Assembly (NCBI GenBank): GCA_963805975.1
Contig: CAWDVR010000001.1
Coordinates: 256,001-320,000, forward strand
DNA length: 64,000 nucleotides
Direction: 5' to 3'
From: an uncultured Acidobacteriota bacterium
GTDB lineage: Bacteria; Acidobacteriota; Thermoanaerobaculia; Multivoradales; SZUA-115
The position numbers were made by a program, and so were the translations under genes. This document shows, piece by piece, positions 9,304 to 19,246 of this stretch (position 1 is its first letter; each line of letters opens with the position of its first letter). The notes beneath the pieces were generated by a model. It saw nothing but the letters and a program-made list of their open reading frames with translations. It did not search any database and had not been told where the DNA came from.

Positions 9304-10653
9304 CTACGAGCCGAGATCCATCTCCACCGCCGCGATCGATTCCTCGAGCGCGGCCAGGAAGCGGTCGAGCTGCGGATAGGTGATGACCAGCGGCGGCTCG
9401 ACCCGCAGCGTCTGCGCGTTGATGTAGGTGCCGGAGATCAGCATGTTGCGCGCGAAGAGGTTCTTCGCCACCGCATAGCCGAGATCGTGATCGGTGAACT
9501 CCATGCCCAGCATCAGCCCTCGGCCGCGGCCGCCCTGCATGACCTTGGGATGGCGCGCGGCGATCTCGTTCAGGCGCGGCAGCAGGTAGTCGCCCTTCTC
9601 GCCGGCCTGGCGTGGAAGGTCCTCCTCGAGGAGCACGTGGAAGGTGGCGATGGCGGCGGCGCAGGCGAGCGGGTTGCCGCCGAAGGTGGTGGTGTGGAGG
9701 AAGGGGTTGTCGATGTAGCGCTCCCAGGTCTTCGCCGTGCCCACGCAGCAGCCGATGGGCATCACGCCGCCGCCGAAGCCCTTGGCGAGCGCCATCAGGT
9801 CCGGCACCACGCCCTCGTGCTCGCAGCAGAACATCCTTCCCGTGCGCCCCATGCCGGACTGCACCTCGTCGAGCACCAGCAGCGCACCGTAGCGGTCGCA
9901 GATCTCGCGCGCCGCCGGCAGGTAGCCGGGCGGGGCGACGACGATGCCGCCCTCGCCCAGGATCGGCTCGAGCACCACGGCGGCCACGCGGTCGCCGGAG
10001 AAGTCGCAGGACTTGACGAAGGTATGGAGGGCGTCGATATCGCCGAACGGTACGTGCGACCAGTGGAGGAGCGGCAGGAAGGGCTCGCGGAACACCGCCT
10101 TGGAGGTGCCGCCCAGGGAGCCGAGCGTCTTGCCGTGGAAGGCGCCGACGGCACCGACGAAGTGGTGCCGGCCGGTGGTGAGCATGGCCATCTTGAGGCA
10201 GGCCTCGATCGACTCGGTGCCCGAGTTGGTGAAGAAGGAGTAGTTGAGGTCGCCGGGAGTGACGAGGGAGACGAGGTGCGCGAGGTAGGTGCGCAGCGGA
10301 TCGATCAGCTCCTGCGAGTGGATGGCCTGGCGCTCGAGCTGGTCCCGCACCGCCTGCATCACCGTGGGGTGGCGGTGGCCCACCACGTAGATCCCGAAGC
10401 CCCCCAAGAGGTCCAGGAACTCTTGGCCCTGAATGTCACGGAACACCGCGCCCTCGTCTTCCCACTCGACGGCGGTGTAATCGGTCGAGACCGACTTCCG
10501 GTAGTGCAGGAAGCCAGGATTGACGTGGTCCGCCCAGTAGCGGACCGACTCCTCGATCACCCGTGTCCGCTCATCGGCGGTGAGCGTGGGCTTGGAGATC
10601 AGGCCCAGGACGTAGGCGGAGCGCTCGGCGGCCTGCTTCAGGTCCTGGGGCAC
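9304..10653 (-). CDS. patA: Putrescine aminotransferase (class III PLP)
   Basis: HVNPGFLHYRKSV, EFLDLLGGFGI..VGHRHP, DEVQSGMGRTG, LAKGFGGG, HTTTFGGNP; strongly YgjG-like. Confidence 0.88.
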   Translation of the reverse strand: MPQDLKQAAERSAYVLGLISKPTLTADERTRVIEESVRYWADHVNPGFLHYRKSVSTDYTAVEWEDEGAVFRDIQGQEFLDLLGGFGIYVVGHRHPTVMQAVRDQLERQAIHSQELIDPLRTYLAHLVSLVTPGDLNYSFFTNSGTESIEACLKMAMLTTGRHHFVGAVGAFHGKTLGSLGGTSKAVFREPFLPLLHWSHVPFGDIDALHTFVKSCDFSGDRVAAVVLEPILGEGGIVVAPPGYLPAAREICDRYGALLVLDEVQSGMGRTGRMFCCEHEGVVPDLMALAKGFGGGVMPIGCCVGTAKTWERYIDNPFLHTTTFGGNPLACAAAIATFHVLLEEDLPRQAGEKGDYLLPRLNEIAARHPKVMQGGRGRGLMLGMEFTDHDLGYAVAKNLFARNMLISGTYINAQTLRVEPPLVITYPQLDRFLAALEESIAAVEMDLGS

Positions 10654-10665
10654 GGGTCTCTCCGC

Positions 10666-11346
10666 CTAATAGGTCTTCACGTCCGTTACCTCGCCCTGGG
10701 CGTTGGCGGTCAGGCCGCCCATCTTGCGGTCGCCGCGGACGGTGATCTGGATCCGCACCTGGCCGTTCTCGCGGATGGCCTGGTCCAGATCGTCGTCTTT
10801 CCACGTGCTCGCGCTGGCCCCGGCCTCTCGCATGTCACGCTCCATTTTCTCGCGCATCTGGTTGGCCTTCGCCCGTATCTCCAGGGTGGGGTCGAAGTGG
10901 CGCTGCACGTCGATGCCCACCACCTCGCCGCTCTCGAGGCTCAACCTCTCGAGCGCCGTCTTCGCGAGCTCGGGGATCTTGTCGAGGGCGACATCGCTCC
11001 AGGTGAAGAGGCTCGGCTCGAGCTCGCCGTCGCCGATGAGCTGCACCGGGATGGGGCCCACGAGCACGCCCTTCTCAAGCCTCCAGGCGTCCACGTTCTC
11101 GGGCTTCTTGGGGTCCTGCGCCCGGAAGGTCGCGGAGCGGTAGTCGGCCTCCACCCGCAGCAGCCGGGCGTTCTCGCCGATCTTGGCCCGCACGTCCGCC
11201 AGCAGCTTCGGCCACTGCTCTTCAGTCCACGCCGGGCCGGAAGGCTTCGCCGTGCGCATGGCCGTTAAGTCCCCGCAGCCGAGGGGAAGGAAGGAGGCCA
11301 GGGCAAAAAGGCCGAGTGCAGCGAGCAGGCGGGACTGACTCCTCAT
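10666..11346 (-). CDS. Hypothetical lipoprotein
   Basis: Signal peptide ending PLGC; GGAGGG RBS; 12 nt upstream of patA on the same strand. Confidence 0.75.
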   Translation of the reverse strand: MRSQSRLLAALGLFALASFLPLGCGDLTAMRTAKPSGPAWTEEQWPKLLADVRAKIGENARLLRVEADYRSATFRAQDPKKPENVDAWRLEKGVLVGPIPVQLIGDGELEPSLFTWSDVALDKIPELAKTALERLSLESGEVVGIDVQRHFDPTLEIRAKANQMREKMERDMREAGASASTWKDDDLDQAIRENGQVRIQITVRGDRKMGGLTANAQGEVTDVKTY

Positions 11347-11468
11347 CACACCCCTCCCATGTAGGGAAACGATCGCCGTTCAGGATGGCGGGCAGGATAG
11401 CAAAAGTACTGCGTGCTAGCATCCGCAAGGCCTCGTCGGCCGCTCCCTTTCCGAGAGGGTTTCGCCCG

Positions 11469-12800
11469 ATGCTCGACACCGCAACGCGCTCGATCGTCCT
11501 CAAGACCGCAGTGCCCGGCCCGCGCTCGCGAGCCCTCCTCGAACGGCGGCAGGCCGCGGTGCCGCGGGGCATCGCCATGACCACGCCGCTCTTCATCGAG
11601 CGCGCGGAGGGGGCTCTGCTCCACGACGTGGACGGCAACACCTTCCTCGACTTCGCCGGCGGCATCGGCACGATGAACGTGGGGCACACCAACCCGGCGG
11701 TGGTAGAGGCGGTGCGAGAGCAGGTGGCGAAGCTCACCCACGCCTGCTTCTCGGTCGCCATGTACGAGCCCTACGTGGCGCTCGCCGAGACTTTGAACCG
11801 CCTGACCCCCGGCAGCTTCCCCAAGAAGACGATGCTCTGCGGCAGCGGCGCCGAGGCGGTGGAGAACGCGGTCAAGGTCTCGCGCCACGCGACCGGCCGG
11901 CCGGCCGTGGTGGTCTTCGAGCACGGCTTCCACGGCCGCACCCTCCTCGCCCTCACCATGACCAGCAAGGTCAAGCCCTACAAGCTGGGCTTCGGGCCGT
12001 TCGCGACCGAGGTCTACCGGCTGCCGTTTCCCTACCCGTACCGGCGGCAAACGCCGATGACGCCCGCAGCGTACGAGCGCGAGATCGTGGGGTTCTTCTC
12101 CACCCACGTCGCACCGGAGCGGGTGGCCTGCGTGGTGATGGAGCTGGTGCTGGGTGAGGGTGGGTTCGTGCCGGCCCCGCCCGAGTACGTGGCGATCCTG
12201 GCTCGCGTCTGCAAGGAGCACGGCATCCTGTTCGTGGCCGACGAGGTGCAGACCGGCTGGGGCCGCACAGGGCGCCTGTTCGCGTCCGAGCACTACGGCC
12301 TCGAGCCCGACCTGGTGACGCTCGCCAAGTCCATGGGCGGCGGGCTGCCCATCGCCGCCCTCACCGGCCGCGCCGAGGTGATGGACTCGGCCCAGGTGGG
12401 CGGCCTCGGGGGCACCTACCTCGGTAACCCCGTGGCCTGCGCCGCGGCGCTGGCGGCCATCGAGTTCCTGGAGGGCCATGGCCTGGTCGAGAGGGCGGAG
12501 GTGATCGGCCGCCAGGTGGAGGCACGGTTCGCGGATTTCGTGCGGCGCTTTCCCAAGGTGGGGGAGGCGCGCGGCCTGGGCGCCATGCGGGCCCTCGAGC
12601 TGGTGGCCGACAAGGAGAGCCGCGAGCCGGACAAGGAGTACGCGCAACGGGTGATCCGGCGCGCCTACGAGCACGGCCTGGTGCTGGTCGGCGCCGGTAC
12701 CTTCGGCAACATCCTCCGCACCTTGATGCCGCTCACCCTTACCGACGAGCAGCTCGCCGAGGGCCTGGACGTGCTCGAGGACGCGCTGGCACCCGGCTAG
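11469..12800 (+). CDS. gabT: 4-aminobutyrate aminotransferase
   Basis: VPGPRS, DVDGNTFLDFAGGIG, SGAEAVENAVK, FHGRT, DEVQTGWGRTG, AKSMGGG, LGGTY.GNP. Confidence 0.92.
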   Translation: MLDTATRSIVLKTAVPGPRSRALLERRQAAVPRGIAMTTPLFIERAEGALLHDVDGNTFLDFAGGIGTMNVGHTNPAVVEAVREQVAKLTHACFSVAMYEPYVALAETLNRLTPGSFPKKTMLCGSGAEAVENAVKVSRHATGRPAVVVFEHGFHGRTLLALTMTSKVKPYKLGFGPFATEVYRLPFPYPYRRQTPMTPAAYEREIVGFFSTHVAPERVACVVMELVLGEGGFVPAPPEYVAILARVCKEHGILFVADEVQTGWGRTGRLFASEHYGLEPDLVTLAKSMGGGLPIAALTGRAEVMDSAQVGGLGGTYLGNPVACAAALAAIEFLEGHGLVERAEVIGRQVEARFADFVRRFPKVGEARGLGAMRALELVADKESREPDKEYAQRVIRRAYEHGLVLVGAGTFGNILRTLMPLTLTDEQLAEGLDVLEDALAPG

Positions 12801-12820
12801 GGAGTGGGAAGCGCAGACCG

Positions 12821-14185
12821 ATGGCCATCGCAACCGTCAACCCCGCGACCGGCGAGACCCTCCGCACCTTCGAGCCGCATTCGGCCGCGGAGGTGGAGGA
12901 GCGGGTGGCGCAGGCAGCAGCCGCCTTCCGCGGCTGGCGCCGCACGGCGTTTGCCGAGCGCGCGACGCGGATGAGCGAGGCCGCGCAGGTGCTCGACCAC
13001 GACAAGCGGCGCCTGGGCGAGCTGATGACGATCGAGATGGGCAAGCCCATCGGCGCCGCCGTGGCCGAGGTCGAGAAATGCGCCTGGGTATGCCGCCACT
13101 ACGCCGAGAACGCCGCCCGCCTGCTGGCCGACGAGCCGGCGGAGACCGACGCCGCGCGGAGCTTCGTCCGCTATCAGCCGCTGGGTGTCGTGCTCGCGGT
13201 GATGCCCTGGAACTTTCCTTTCTGGCAGGTTTTCCGCTTTGCCGCACCGGCGCTGATGGCAGGCAACACGGGTCTCCTGAAGCACGCCTCGAACGTGCCG
13301 CAGTCGGCGCTCGCGATCGAGGAGGTCTTCCGGCGCGCCGGCTTTCCGGAGGGCTGCTTCACCACCATGCTCGTAGGCTCGGACGCAGTCGAGGCCTTGA
13401 TCCGCGACCCACGCATCGCGGCCGTGACGCTCACCGGCAGTGAGGGTGCCGGCGTCGCTGTCGGGCGCGCCGCGGGAGGAGCGCTCAAGAAAGCGGTCCT
13501 CGAGCTGGGCGGCAGCGACCCTTTCCTGGTGCTGCCCTCGGCCGACCTCGAAGCCGCGGTCACCACTGCCGTCAAGGCGCGTACCCTCAACAACGGCCAG
13601 TCCTGCATCGCGGCCAAACGCTTCATCGTGCACCGCGACGTGGCACCGGCTTTCACCGAGAGGTTCGTGGCCAGCATGGCGGCGCTGACGGTGGGAGATC
13701 CCATGGACCCGGCGACCGAGGTGGGGCCGCTCGCCACGCCGGCGATCCTCGACGAGCTGGACGAGCAGGTGCAGAAGTCGGTCGCCGCCGGTGCCCGGCT
13801 CCTCACCGGCGGCCGGCGCCTCGAACGGCCCGGCAACTTCTACCCCCCGACCGTGCTCGCCGACCCCGCACCCGGCTCGCCGGCCGACCGCGAAGAGCTG
13901 TTCGGGCCGGTGGCGACCGTGTTCACCGTCGCCAGCCTGGGCGAGGCGATCGCCAAGGCCAACGACTCCACCTTCGGCCTCGGTGCCGCCGCCTGGACCC
14001 GCGACCCCGCGGAGCAGGAGCGCCTGATCGACGAGCTCGAGGCCGGGTCCGTGTTCGTCAACGGCATGGTGAAGAGCGATCCCCGCCTGCCCTTCGGCGG
14101 GATCAAGCGCTCCGGCTTCGGCCGCGAGCTCTCGAGCCACGGCATCCGGGAGTTCGTCAACGTGAAGACGGTGTGGGTGGGGTAG
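12821..14185 (+). CDS. gabD: NAD(P)-dependent succinate-semialdehyde dehydrogenase
   Basis: MAIATVNPATGE, MPWNFPFWQ, LKHASNVP, TGSEGAG, ELGGSDPF, NNGQSCIAAKR, EELFGPV. Confidence 0.88.
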   Translation: MAIATVNPATGETLRTFEPHSAAEVEERVAQAAAAFRGWRRTAFAERATRMSEAAQVLDHDKRRLGELMTIEMGKPIGAAVAEVEKCAWVCRHYAENAARLLADEPAETDAARSFVRYQPLGVVLAVMPWNFPFWQVFRFAAPALMAGNTGLLKHASNVPQSALAIEEVFRRAGFPEGCFTTMLVGSDAVEALIRDPRIAAVTLTGSEGAGVAVGRAAGGALKKAVLELGGSDPFLVLPSADLEAAVTTAVKARTLNNGQSCIAAKRFIVHRDVAPAFTERFVASMAALTVGDPMDPATEVGPLATPAILDELDEQVQKSVAAGARLLTGGRRLERPGNFYPPTVLADPAPGSPADREELFGPVATVFTVASLGEAIAKANDSTFGLGAAAWTRDPAEQERLIDELEAGSVFVNGMVKSDPRLPFGGIKRSGFGRELSSHGIREFVNVKTVWVG

Positions 14186-14198
14186 GAGGCGGCCAGCC

Positions 14199-14585
14199 TC
14201 ACGCCGCCGTCACGTCCGTCTTCCCGAAGTCCTCTCCCACGAAGAGCAGCGGCCGGTCGGCGAGCTTGGCGGTTGCGTAGCTCATGCAATCGCCGAAGTT
14301 GAGGGCCGCCGGATGGCGGCCTTTGCCGAAGCGCGCGAAGGCATCGGCGGCCGCCCGCCAGTGGATGTCTCCGAAAGGGATCACCGAGACGTCAAACTGC
14401 CGTACCCAGCGGTCGACGATCCCGGGCGCCGCGAGGCCATATCGCCTGGCCAGAACCATGCTGCCCTCGAGCAGAGTGGGGGCCGCAACGCCCTTCCTCT
14501 CGACAGCCAGGATCTTGCGCAGGAGACCCTCATGGCCCGCCTCTTCAAACAGAATCGTAAGGATCGCGGAAGTATCGAGAATCAT
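14199..14585 (-). CDS. vapC: VapC PIN-domain toxin
   Basis: MILDTSAILTILFEE...FGKGRHPAALNFGDCMSYATAK...LLFVGEDF. Confidence 0.92.
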   Translation of the reverse strand: MILDTSAILTILFEEAGHEGLLRKILAVERKGVAAPTLLEGSMVLARRYGLAAPGIVDRWVRQFDVSVIPFGDIHWRAAADAFARFGKGRHPAALNFGDCMSYATAKLADRPLLFVGEDFGKTDVTAA

Positions 14586-14854
14586 ACGCCGTCCGGTCCA
14601 TAGCCCAGGATCTCGTCCTGCTCTTCCTGGCTGATCCCTTTGCCACGCTGCTCGGGCGGGAGCCTGGACCAGACTTCGGTCTCGAGCCAGTGGATGGCCT
14701 CGGCGTAGCGGTCCCGCCTCACGACGTGCATCGCCAGCCTCTCCTTTCGTTCCTCCAGCGCTTTGCGAACGGCCTCCGTCTTGCTCTCGCCGGTGAGCCG
14801 GGAGACCTCCGCGACCAGCCGTTCCACCTCGGGGTTCTTCAGATTGAGAGCCAT
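14582..14854 (-). CDS. vapB: VapB antitoxin (Rv0623-like)
   Basis: MALNLKNPEVERLVAEVSRLTGESKTEAVRKAL...DEILGYGPDGV; ATGA overlap with vapC; GGAGG RBS. Confidence 0.9.
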   Translation of the reverse strand: MALNLKNPEVERLVAEVSRLTGESKTEAVRKALEERKERLAMHVVRRDRYAEAIHWLETEVWSRLPPEQRGKGISQEEQDEILGYGPDGV

Positions 14855-14878
14855 GGCACGACCTCCGGCCACAGATCG

Positions 14879-14909
14879 TATGGTAGAAAGGTGCATAAAA
14901 TCAACCATA
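14879..14909. promoter_or_regulatory. Probable vapBC operator (inverted repeat)
   Basis: TATGGTAGA-N13-TCAACCATA (1 mismatch) in an AT-rich stretch upstream of vapB. Confidence 0.55.
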
Positions 14910-15021
14910 GTTCCTCCCATATGCAGCGATCTTGGAGACGGGCGGAGCCGTCGCGGCCGATCATTGCTGTGCTGGGACTGAGACGGAAAGCCGAGGGCAG
15001 ACCTTACACGGCGCTTCGATC

Positions 15022-16455
15022 CTAGCGCCCGATCTTCACCATGCAGTGCTTGACCTGCGTGTAGTCCTCGAGCGCGTAGAGGGACATGTCCTTGCCGTAG
15101 CCGGACTGCTTGTAGCCGCCGTGGGGCATCTCGGAGACCAGCGGCACGTGGTCGTTCACCCACACCGTGCCGAAGCGGAGCTTGCGCATGGCGTTGAAGG
15201 CCCGGCTGACGTTCGAGGTCCACACCGAGGCCGCGAGGCCGTAGTCCACGTCATTGGCCCAGCGGATCGCCTCGTCGTCGTCTGCGAAGGGAGTGACGGT
15301 GACCACCGGCCCGAAGACCTCCCGCTGCACGATCTCGTCGCCCTGGCGTGCATCGGCCACCACCGTGGGACGAAAGTAGAAGCCCCGGCCGTCGGCCGGG
15401 CCGCCGCCGGTCAGCACCCGGGCGTGACCGCCGGCCCGCGCCCGCTCGACGAAGCCCGCCACCCGCTCGCGCTGCTCGGCGGAGACCACCGGCCCGAGCG
15501 CCGTGGACTCGTCCTCGATCGGCCCCATGGCGATCGACTCGACGGCCGGCACCAGCTCGGCGAGCAGGCGATCGTAGACCCGGCGGCTGGCGTAGAGCCG
15601 GCAGGCGGCCGTGCAGTCCTGGCCGCTGTTGACGAAGCCGGCGACCTTGACGCTCTCGACCACCGCCGCCAGGTCGGCGTCGTCGAAGATCAGCACCGGT
15701 GCCTTGCCACCCAGCTCGAGGTGCACTTTCTTGAGCGTGGCGGCGGCGGCGCGCGCCACCTCTTTGCCGGTAGCCACGTCGCCGGTCAACGAGACCATGC
15801 CGACCATGGGGTGCTCGACCAGCGGCGCGCCGACCGGCAGGCCGTGGCCGGTGATCACATTCAGCACCCCGGGTGGGAAGATCTCGGCCGCGAGCTCGGC
15901 CAGGCGGAGGGAGGTGAGCGGCGTCTGCTCGGCGGGTTTCAAGACCACCGTGTTGCCGGCGGCGAGCGCCGGGCCGATCTTCCACACCGCCATCATCAAC
16001 GGGTAGTTCCAGGGCGCGATCAAGCCCACCACGCCCACCGGCTCACGGCGGATGATGCTGGTGTAGCCCGCCAGGTACTCCCCGGCGGCCCGCCCCTCGA
16101 GGCAGCGGGCGGCGCCGGCGAAGAAGCGCAGGTTGTCGACGATGAACGGGATCTCCGAGCGCGCGAGCGCGATCGGCTTGCCCACGTTCGAGGCTTCGAG
16201 AGCGGCGAGCTCCTCGCCGTGCCGCTCGACGGCGTCGGCGAGCTTCAGGAGCACGCCGCTCCGCTCCATCGGCGTCGAGTCGTACCAGGTCTCGAAGGCC
16301 TTCGCGGCGGCCTCGACCGCAAGCTCGACATCGGCCGCCGAGCCGGTGGCAACGCGGGCGATCTCCTCCTCGGTGGCCGGGTCGAGGATCGCCTCGTCGC
16401 GGCCATCCGCGGCAGCGGTGAACCGGCCGCCGATGAACATCCCGTAGGTCTTCAT
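15022..16455 (-). CDS. patD: Gamma-aminobutyraldehyde dehydrogenase
   Basis: DNLRFFAGAARCLEGRAAGEYLAGYTS, PWNYPLMMAVWK, ELGGKAP, NSGQDCTAACR, SEMPHGGYKQSGYGKDMS. Confidence 0.92.
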   Translation of the reverse strand: MKTYGMFIGGRFTAAADGRDEAILDPATEEEIARVATGSAADVELAVEAAAKAFETWYDSTPMERSGVLLKLADAVERHGEELAALEASNVGKPIALARSEIPFIVDNLRFFAGAARCLEGRAAGEYLAGYTSIIRREPVGVVGLIAPWNYPLMMAVWKIGPALAAGNTVVLKPAEQTPLTSLRLAELAAEIFPPGVLNVITGHGLPVGAPLVEHPMVGMVSLTGDVATGKEVARAAAATLKKVHLELGGKAPVLIFDDADLAAVVESVKVAGFVNSGQDCTAACRLYASRRVYDRLLAELVPAVESIAMGPIEDESTALGPVVSAEQRERVAGFVERARAGGHARVLTGGGPADGRGFYFRPTVVADARQGDEIVQREVFGPVVTVTPFADDDEAIRWANDVDYGLAASVWTSNVSRAFNAMRKLRFGTVWVNDHVPLVSEMPHGGYKQSGYGKDMSLYALEDYTQVKHCMVKIGR

Positions 16456-16464
16456 CCCGAATCC

Positions 16465-17253
16465 CTAGAAGCTGATGGCACCGCCCACTGTGAACACCGT
16501 CTCGTCCTCGAACAGGCCCGCGAGAACCGGATCGTCCTCGGCCCGCGAGTCGATCGAATCGAGCGCGACCGAGCGTTGCACCTGTGCGTGGACGCTGATC
16601 CTATCCGTGATCTGGACCGGCACGTTGACGCCTACCAGGAAGTCGTTCAGGGCGCCGTTGCTCTTCGCCTTGTTGTTGTAGTGGAAGTCGAAGCCCAGCG
16701 AGGCCGCGAGATCGAGGCTCACCTTGCTGCCGAGCGGGAAGCTATGGGAGATTCCGAGCGAGGCATAGCCGCCGTCCAGCTCGTCGATGTCGCGGAAATA
16801 GGACAGCGTCGGTGCCAGCACTACGTCGAAGGCGAGGATGCCGTAGACCTCGTAGGTGTCGAGGAAGCCGAGGGCCTCTTCGACGTCGGAGCTGTACAGG
16901 TACGTGAGCCCGCCGACCGTCAGCGACGCCTTCTCGCCCAGCGCGAAAGTGTAGTCGAGGCCGAAATCGGCCTCCCGGTAGTCCAGGTCGGAACCCGGGA
17001 TGTCGGCCGAGAAGCCGTAAGCGTAGACCACGAGGCCACCCACGGTCAGCTTCGCGCTCCCCCAGGTGACCGGCTCGTCGTCCAGCAGGTCGACACCGCG
17101 GAACAGATAGATGCTGCTGTGGTCGGCAGTGAGATCGACCGCCCAGCTCTTCTCGGGCTCCTCGGCCGCCGGCTCCTCCTGCGCCAGGGCGGTGCCCGCC
17201 ATCCCCAGTGCAACGGCCAGCAGCAAGACAATCCATTTCATGTTTTTGATCAT
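16465..17253 (-). CDS. Outer-membrane beta-barrel, TorF-like putative porin
   Basis: Signal peptide (ALA); SIYLFRG, EADFGLDYT, TYEVY; alternating beta-strand pattern; C-terminal Phe; GGAGGG RBS. Confidence 0.72.
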   Translation of the reverse strand: MIKNMKWIVLLLAVALGMAGTALAQEEPAAEEPEKSWAVDLTADHSSIYLFRGVDLLDDEPVTWGSAKLTVGGLVVYAYGFSADIPGSDLDYREADFGLDYTFALGEKASLTVGGLTYLYSSDVEEALGFLDTYEVYGILAFDVVLAPTLSYFRDIDELDGGYASLGISHSFPLGSKVSLDLAASLGFDFHYNNKAKSNGALNDFLVGVNVPVQITDRISVHAQVQRSVALDSIDSRAEDDPVLAGLFEDETVFTVGGAISF

Positions 17254-17427
17254 GACTCCCTCCGACATCCGTAGGGCGCAGCCTCGCGCCGCTCCTCCGA
17301 ATGGAGCAGGCACAGATCCGCGCTGTTTCATCTAGCTAAAGAACGTGCGCAGTTTACTACCACTCTCCTCCGCCCGGTTCGATTCTTCAGCAGTTGGCTA
17401 AAGGAGGAGGTGCCCGGCGGGCACCGG

Positions 17428-17467
17428 CCGGGACAACCCAACCCGGAGACCTAACCGGGGAACCTAA
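17428..17467. repeat. Three imperfect 13-14-bp tandem repeats upstream of the porin gene
   Basis: CCGGGACAACCCAA / CCCGGAGACCTAA / CCGGGGAACCTAA, next to the GGTGCCCGGCGGGCACC hairpin (17409-17425). Confidence 0.5.
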
Positions 17468-17515
17468 GGCGCAACGGCGAAAGAAGTTCGCAAGAACGCT
17501 AAGAGCGTCTAAGCC

Positions 17516-18334
17516 TTACCGCTCGCCATCGTCGTCGGCCCGCGTCAAGTAGTGAGCGAGGAGGATTGGCACCGTGGTCACGGCAATGACGAAGAACGCC
17601 GTGACGTGGGTGACCGGCCGATCGCGGGGCCGGGTGAGCTGGTCCACGATCCAGATCGGCAGCGTGCGCTGTTCCGGGCCGGCGGTGAAGGTGGTGACGA
17701 TCACCTCGTCGAAAGACAGCGAGAAGGCGAGCATGCCGCCGGCGAGAAGCGCCGTGGCGATGGCCGGCAGCACCACGTGGCGGAAGGTCTGGAAGGCGTC
17801 GGCGCCGAGGTCCATCGAGGCCTCGATCTGCGATCGGCCGGTGCGGCGTAGGCGCGCCGCCACGTTGTTGTACACGGTGACGATGCAGAAGGTGGCATGG
17901 CCCGCGACCAGGGTCCAGAAGGAGAACGGCAGGGAGGCGAGCGACAGGGCCGAGCGCAGGGCGATGCCGGTGACGATGCCCGGCAGCGCGATGGGCAGGA
18001 TGACGAGGAGCGTCACCGCCTCGCGGCCGAGGAACCGGCCGCGCACCACGGCCAGGGCGGCAAGGGTGCCGAGCACCAGGGCCAGGGCGGTCGAGGCGGC
18101 GGCCACCTGGAGCGACAGCGCGAGGGCCTGCCACATGTCCTGCCGCTCCCAGGCGGCGGCGAACCAGCGGAGGGTCAGGCCCGGCGGCGGGAAGCTGAGG
18201 GTGGCCTGGTCGGTGGTGAAGGCATAGAGAAACATCAGCTGCATCGGCAGGTGGAGGAAGGCGAGCACCCCCACGGCGGCCAGGGTCAGGCCCCACGGCG
18301 CTTTCTCCGGTCGCCGGCTGCCGCTAGAGCGCAT
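17516..18334 (-). CDS. ydcV: Polyamine ABC transporter permease (YdcV/PotC-like)
   Basis: [52 protein letters not shown]. Confidence 0.88.
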   Translation of the reverse strand: MRSSGSRRPEKAPWGLTLAAVGVLAFLHLPMQLMFLYAFTTDQATLSFPPPGLTLRWFAAAWERQDMWQALALSLQVAAASTALALVLGTLAALAVVRGRFLGREAVTLLVILPIALPGIVTGIALRSALSLASLPFSFWTLVAGHATFCIVTVYNNVAARLRRTGRSQIEASMDLGADAFQTFRHVVLPAIATALLAGGMLAFSLSFDEVIVTTFTAGPEQRTLPIWIVDQLTRPRDRPVTHVTAFFVIAVTTVPILLAHYLTRADDDGER

Positions 18335-19244
18335 CGAAAGCCTTCAGCCGGCGGGCGATACCGAGGTACACGGCCATGATCACCATCGGCCCCACGGTCA
18401 TCGCCGCGGCGAGCGGCATGTTGCCGGCCGTGCCCTGGTGGCGGAGCACGGCCTGGCCGATGAACAGGCTCGAGTTGCCGATCGTGCCCGGGATGATGAA
18501 GTCGCCCAGGGTCAGCGAGAAGGTGAAGATCGAGCCGGCCACGATGCCGGGGAAGGCGAGCGGCAGGGTGACGGAGAAGAAGGTGCGCCGCGGCCTGGCC
18601 CCGAGGTCCGCCGAGGCCTCGAGCAGCGTGCGCGGCACCCGCGAGAGCGCCGCCTCGACCGGCAGGATCATGTAGGGCAGCCAGACGTAGAGGAAGACCA
18701 GAAACATCCCCAGCGCCGAGAACGACAGCGACGGCCCGCCGATCCAGGGCAGCGCAAGCACCGCCTCGAGTACCGGTGTGGCTCCCAGCTTGGCGAACAG
18801 CCAGCCGAGGACGCCCTCCTTGGCCAGGATCAGCTTCCAGGAGTAGACCCGCACGATGTAGCTCGACCACAGCGGCAGCACCACCGCCAGGTAGAGGAGC
18901 GCCCGCCGCCGGCCGCGCGCGTAGCGGGCCATGTAGTAGGCGAGCGGCAGGGCGAGGGCCGCGGCGGCCACCGTCACCGCCGTCGCCATGGCGGCGGTGC
19001 GCAGGAAGATGTCGCGGTGGGCAGGCGTGAAGAGCTCTCCGTAGGTGGCGAGCGTCAGCTCTCGCCGCACCTGGCCGGTGTAGGGGTCGACCGAGAAGAA
19101 GCTCTGGACGACGAGCGCCAGGAGCGATCCCAGGTACACCACTCCCAGCCACAGGAGCGGCGGGCCCAGCAGCAGGGCCACGGCCCATCGCGGCCGGGAA
19201 TGGAGGAACGAGGACAGGCGCCGGAGCGCCCCTGCTGCGGGCAA
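18324..19244 (-). CDS. ydcU: Polyamine ABC transporter permease (YdcU/PotB-like)
   Basis: [47 protein letters not shown]; TTG start after GAGGAG inferred. Confidence 0.86.
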   Translation of the reverse strand: MPAAGALRRLSSFLHSRPRWAVALLLGPPLLWLGVVYLGSLLALVVQSFFSVDPYTGQVRRELTLATYGELFTPAHRDIFLRTAAMATAVTVAAAALALPLAYYMARYARGRRRALLYLAVVLPLWSSYIVRVYSWKLILAKEGVLGWLFAKLGATPVLEAVLALPWIGGPSLSFSALGMFLVFLYVWLPYMILPVEAALSRVPRTLLEASADLGARPRRTFFSVTLPLAFPGIVAGSIFTFSLTLGDFIIPGTIGNSSLFIGQAVLRHQGTAGNMPLAAAMTVGPMVIMAVYLGIARRLKAFDAL

Positions 19245-19246
19245 GC

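Noticed and set aside
14199-14909. vapBC as the marker of a mobile element
   Set aside because: No integrase, transposase or flanking direct repeats seen; an ordinary solitary TA insertion between convergent genes.
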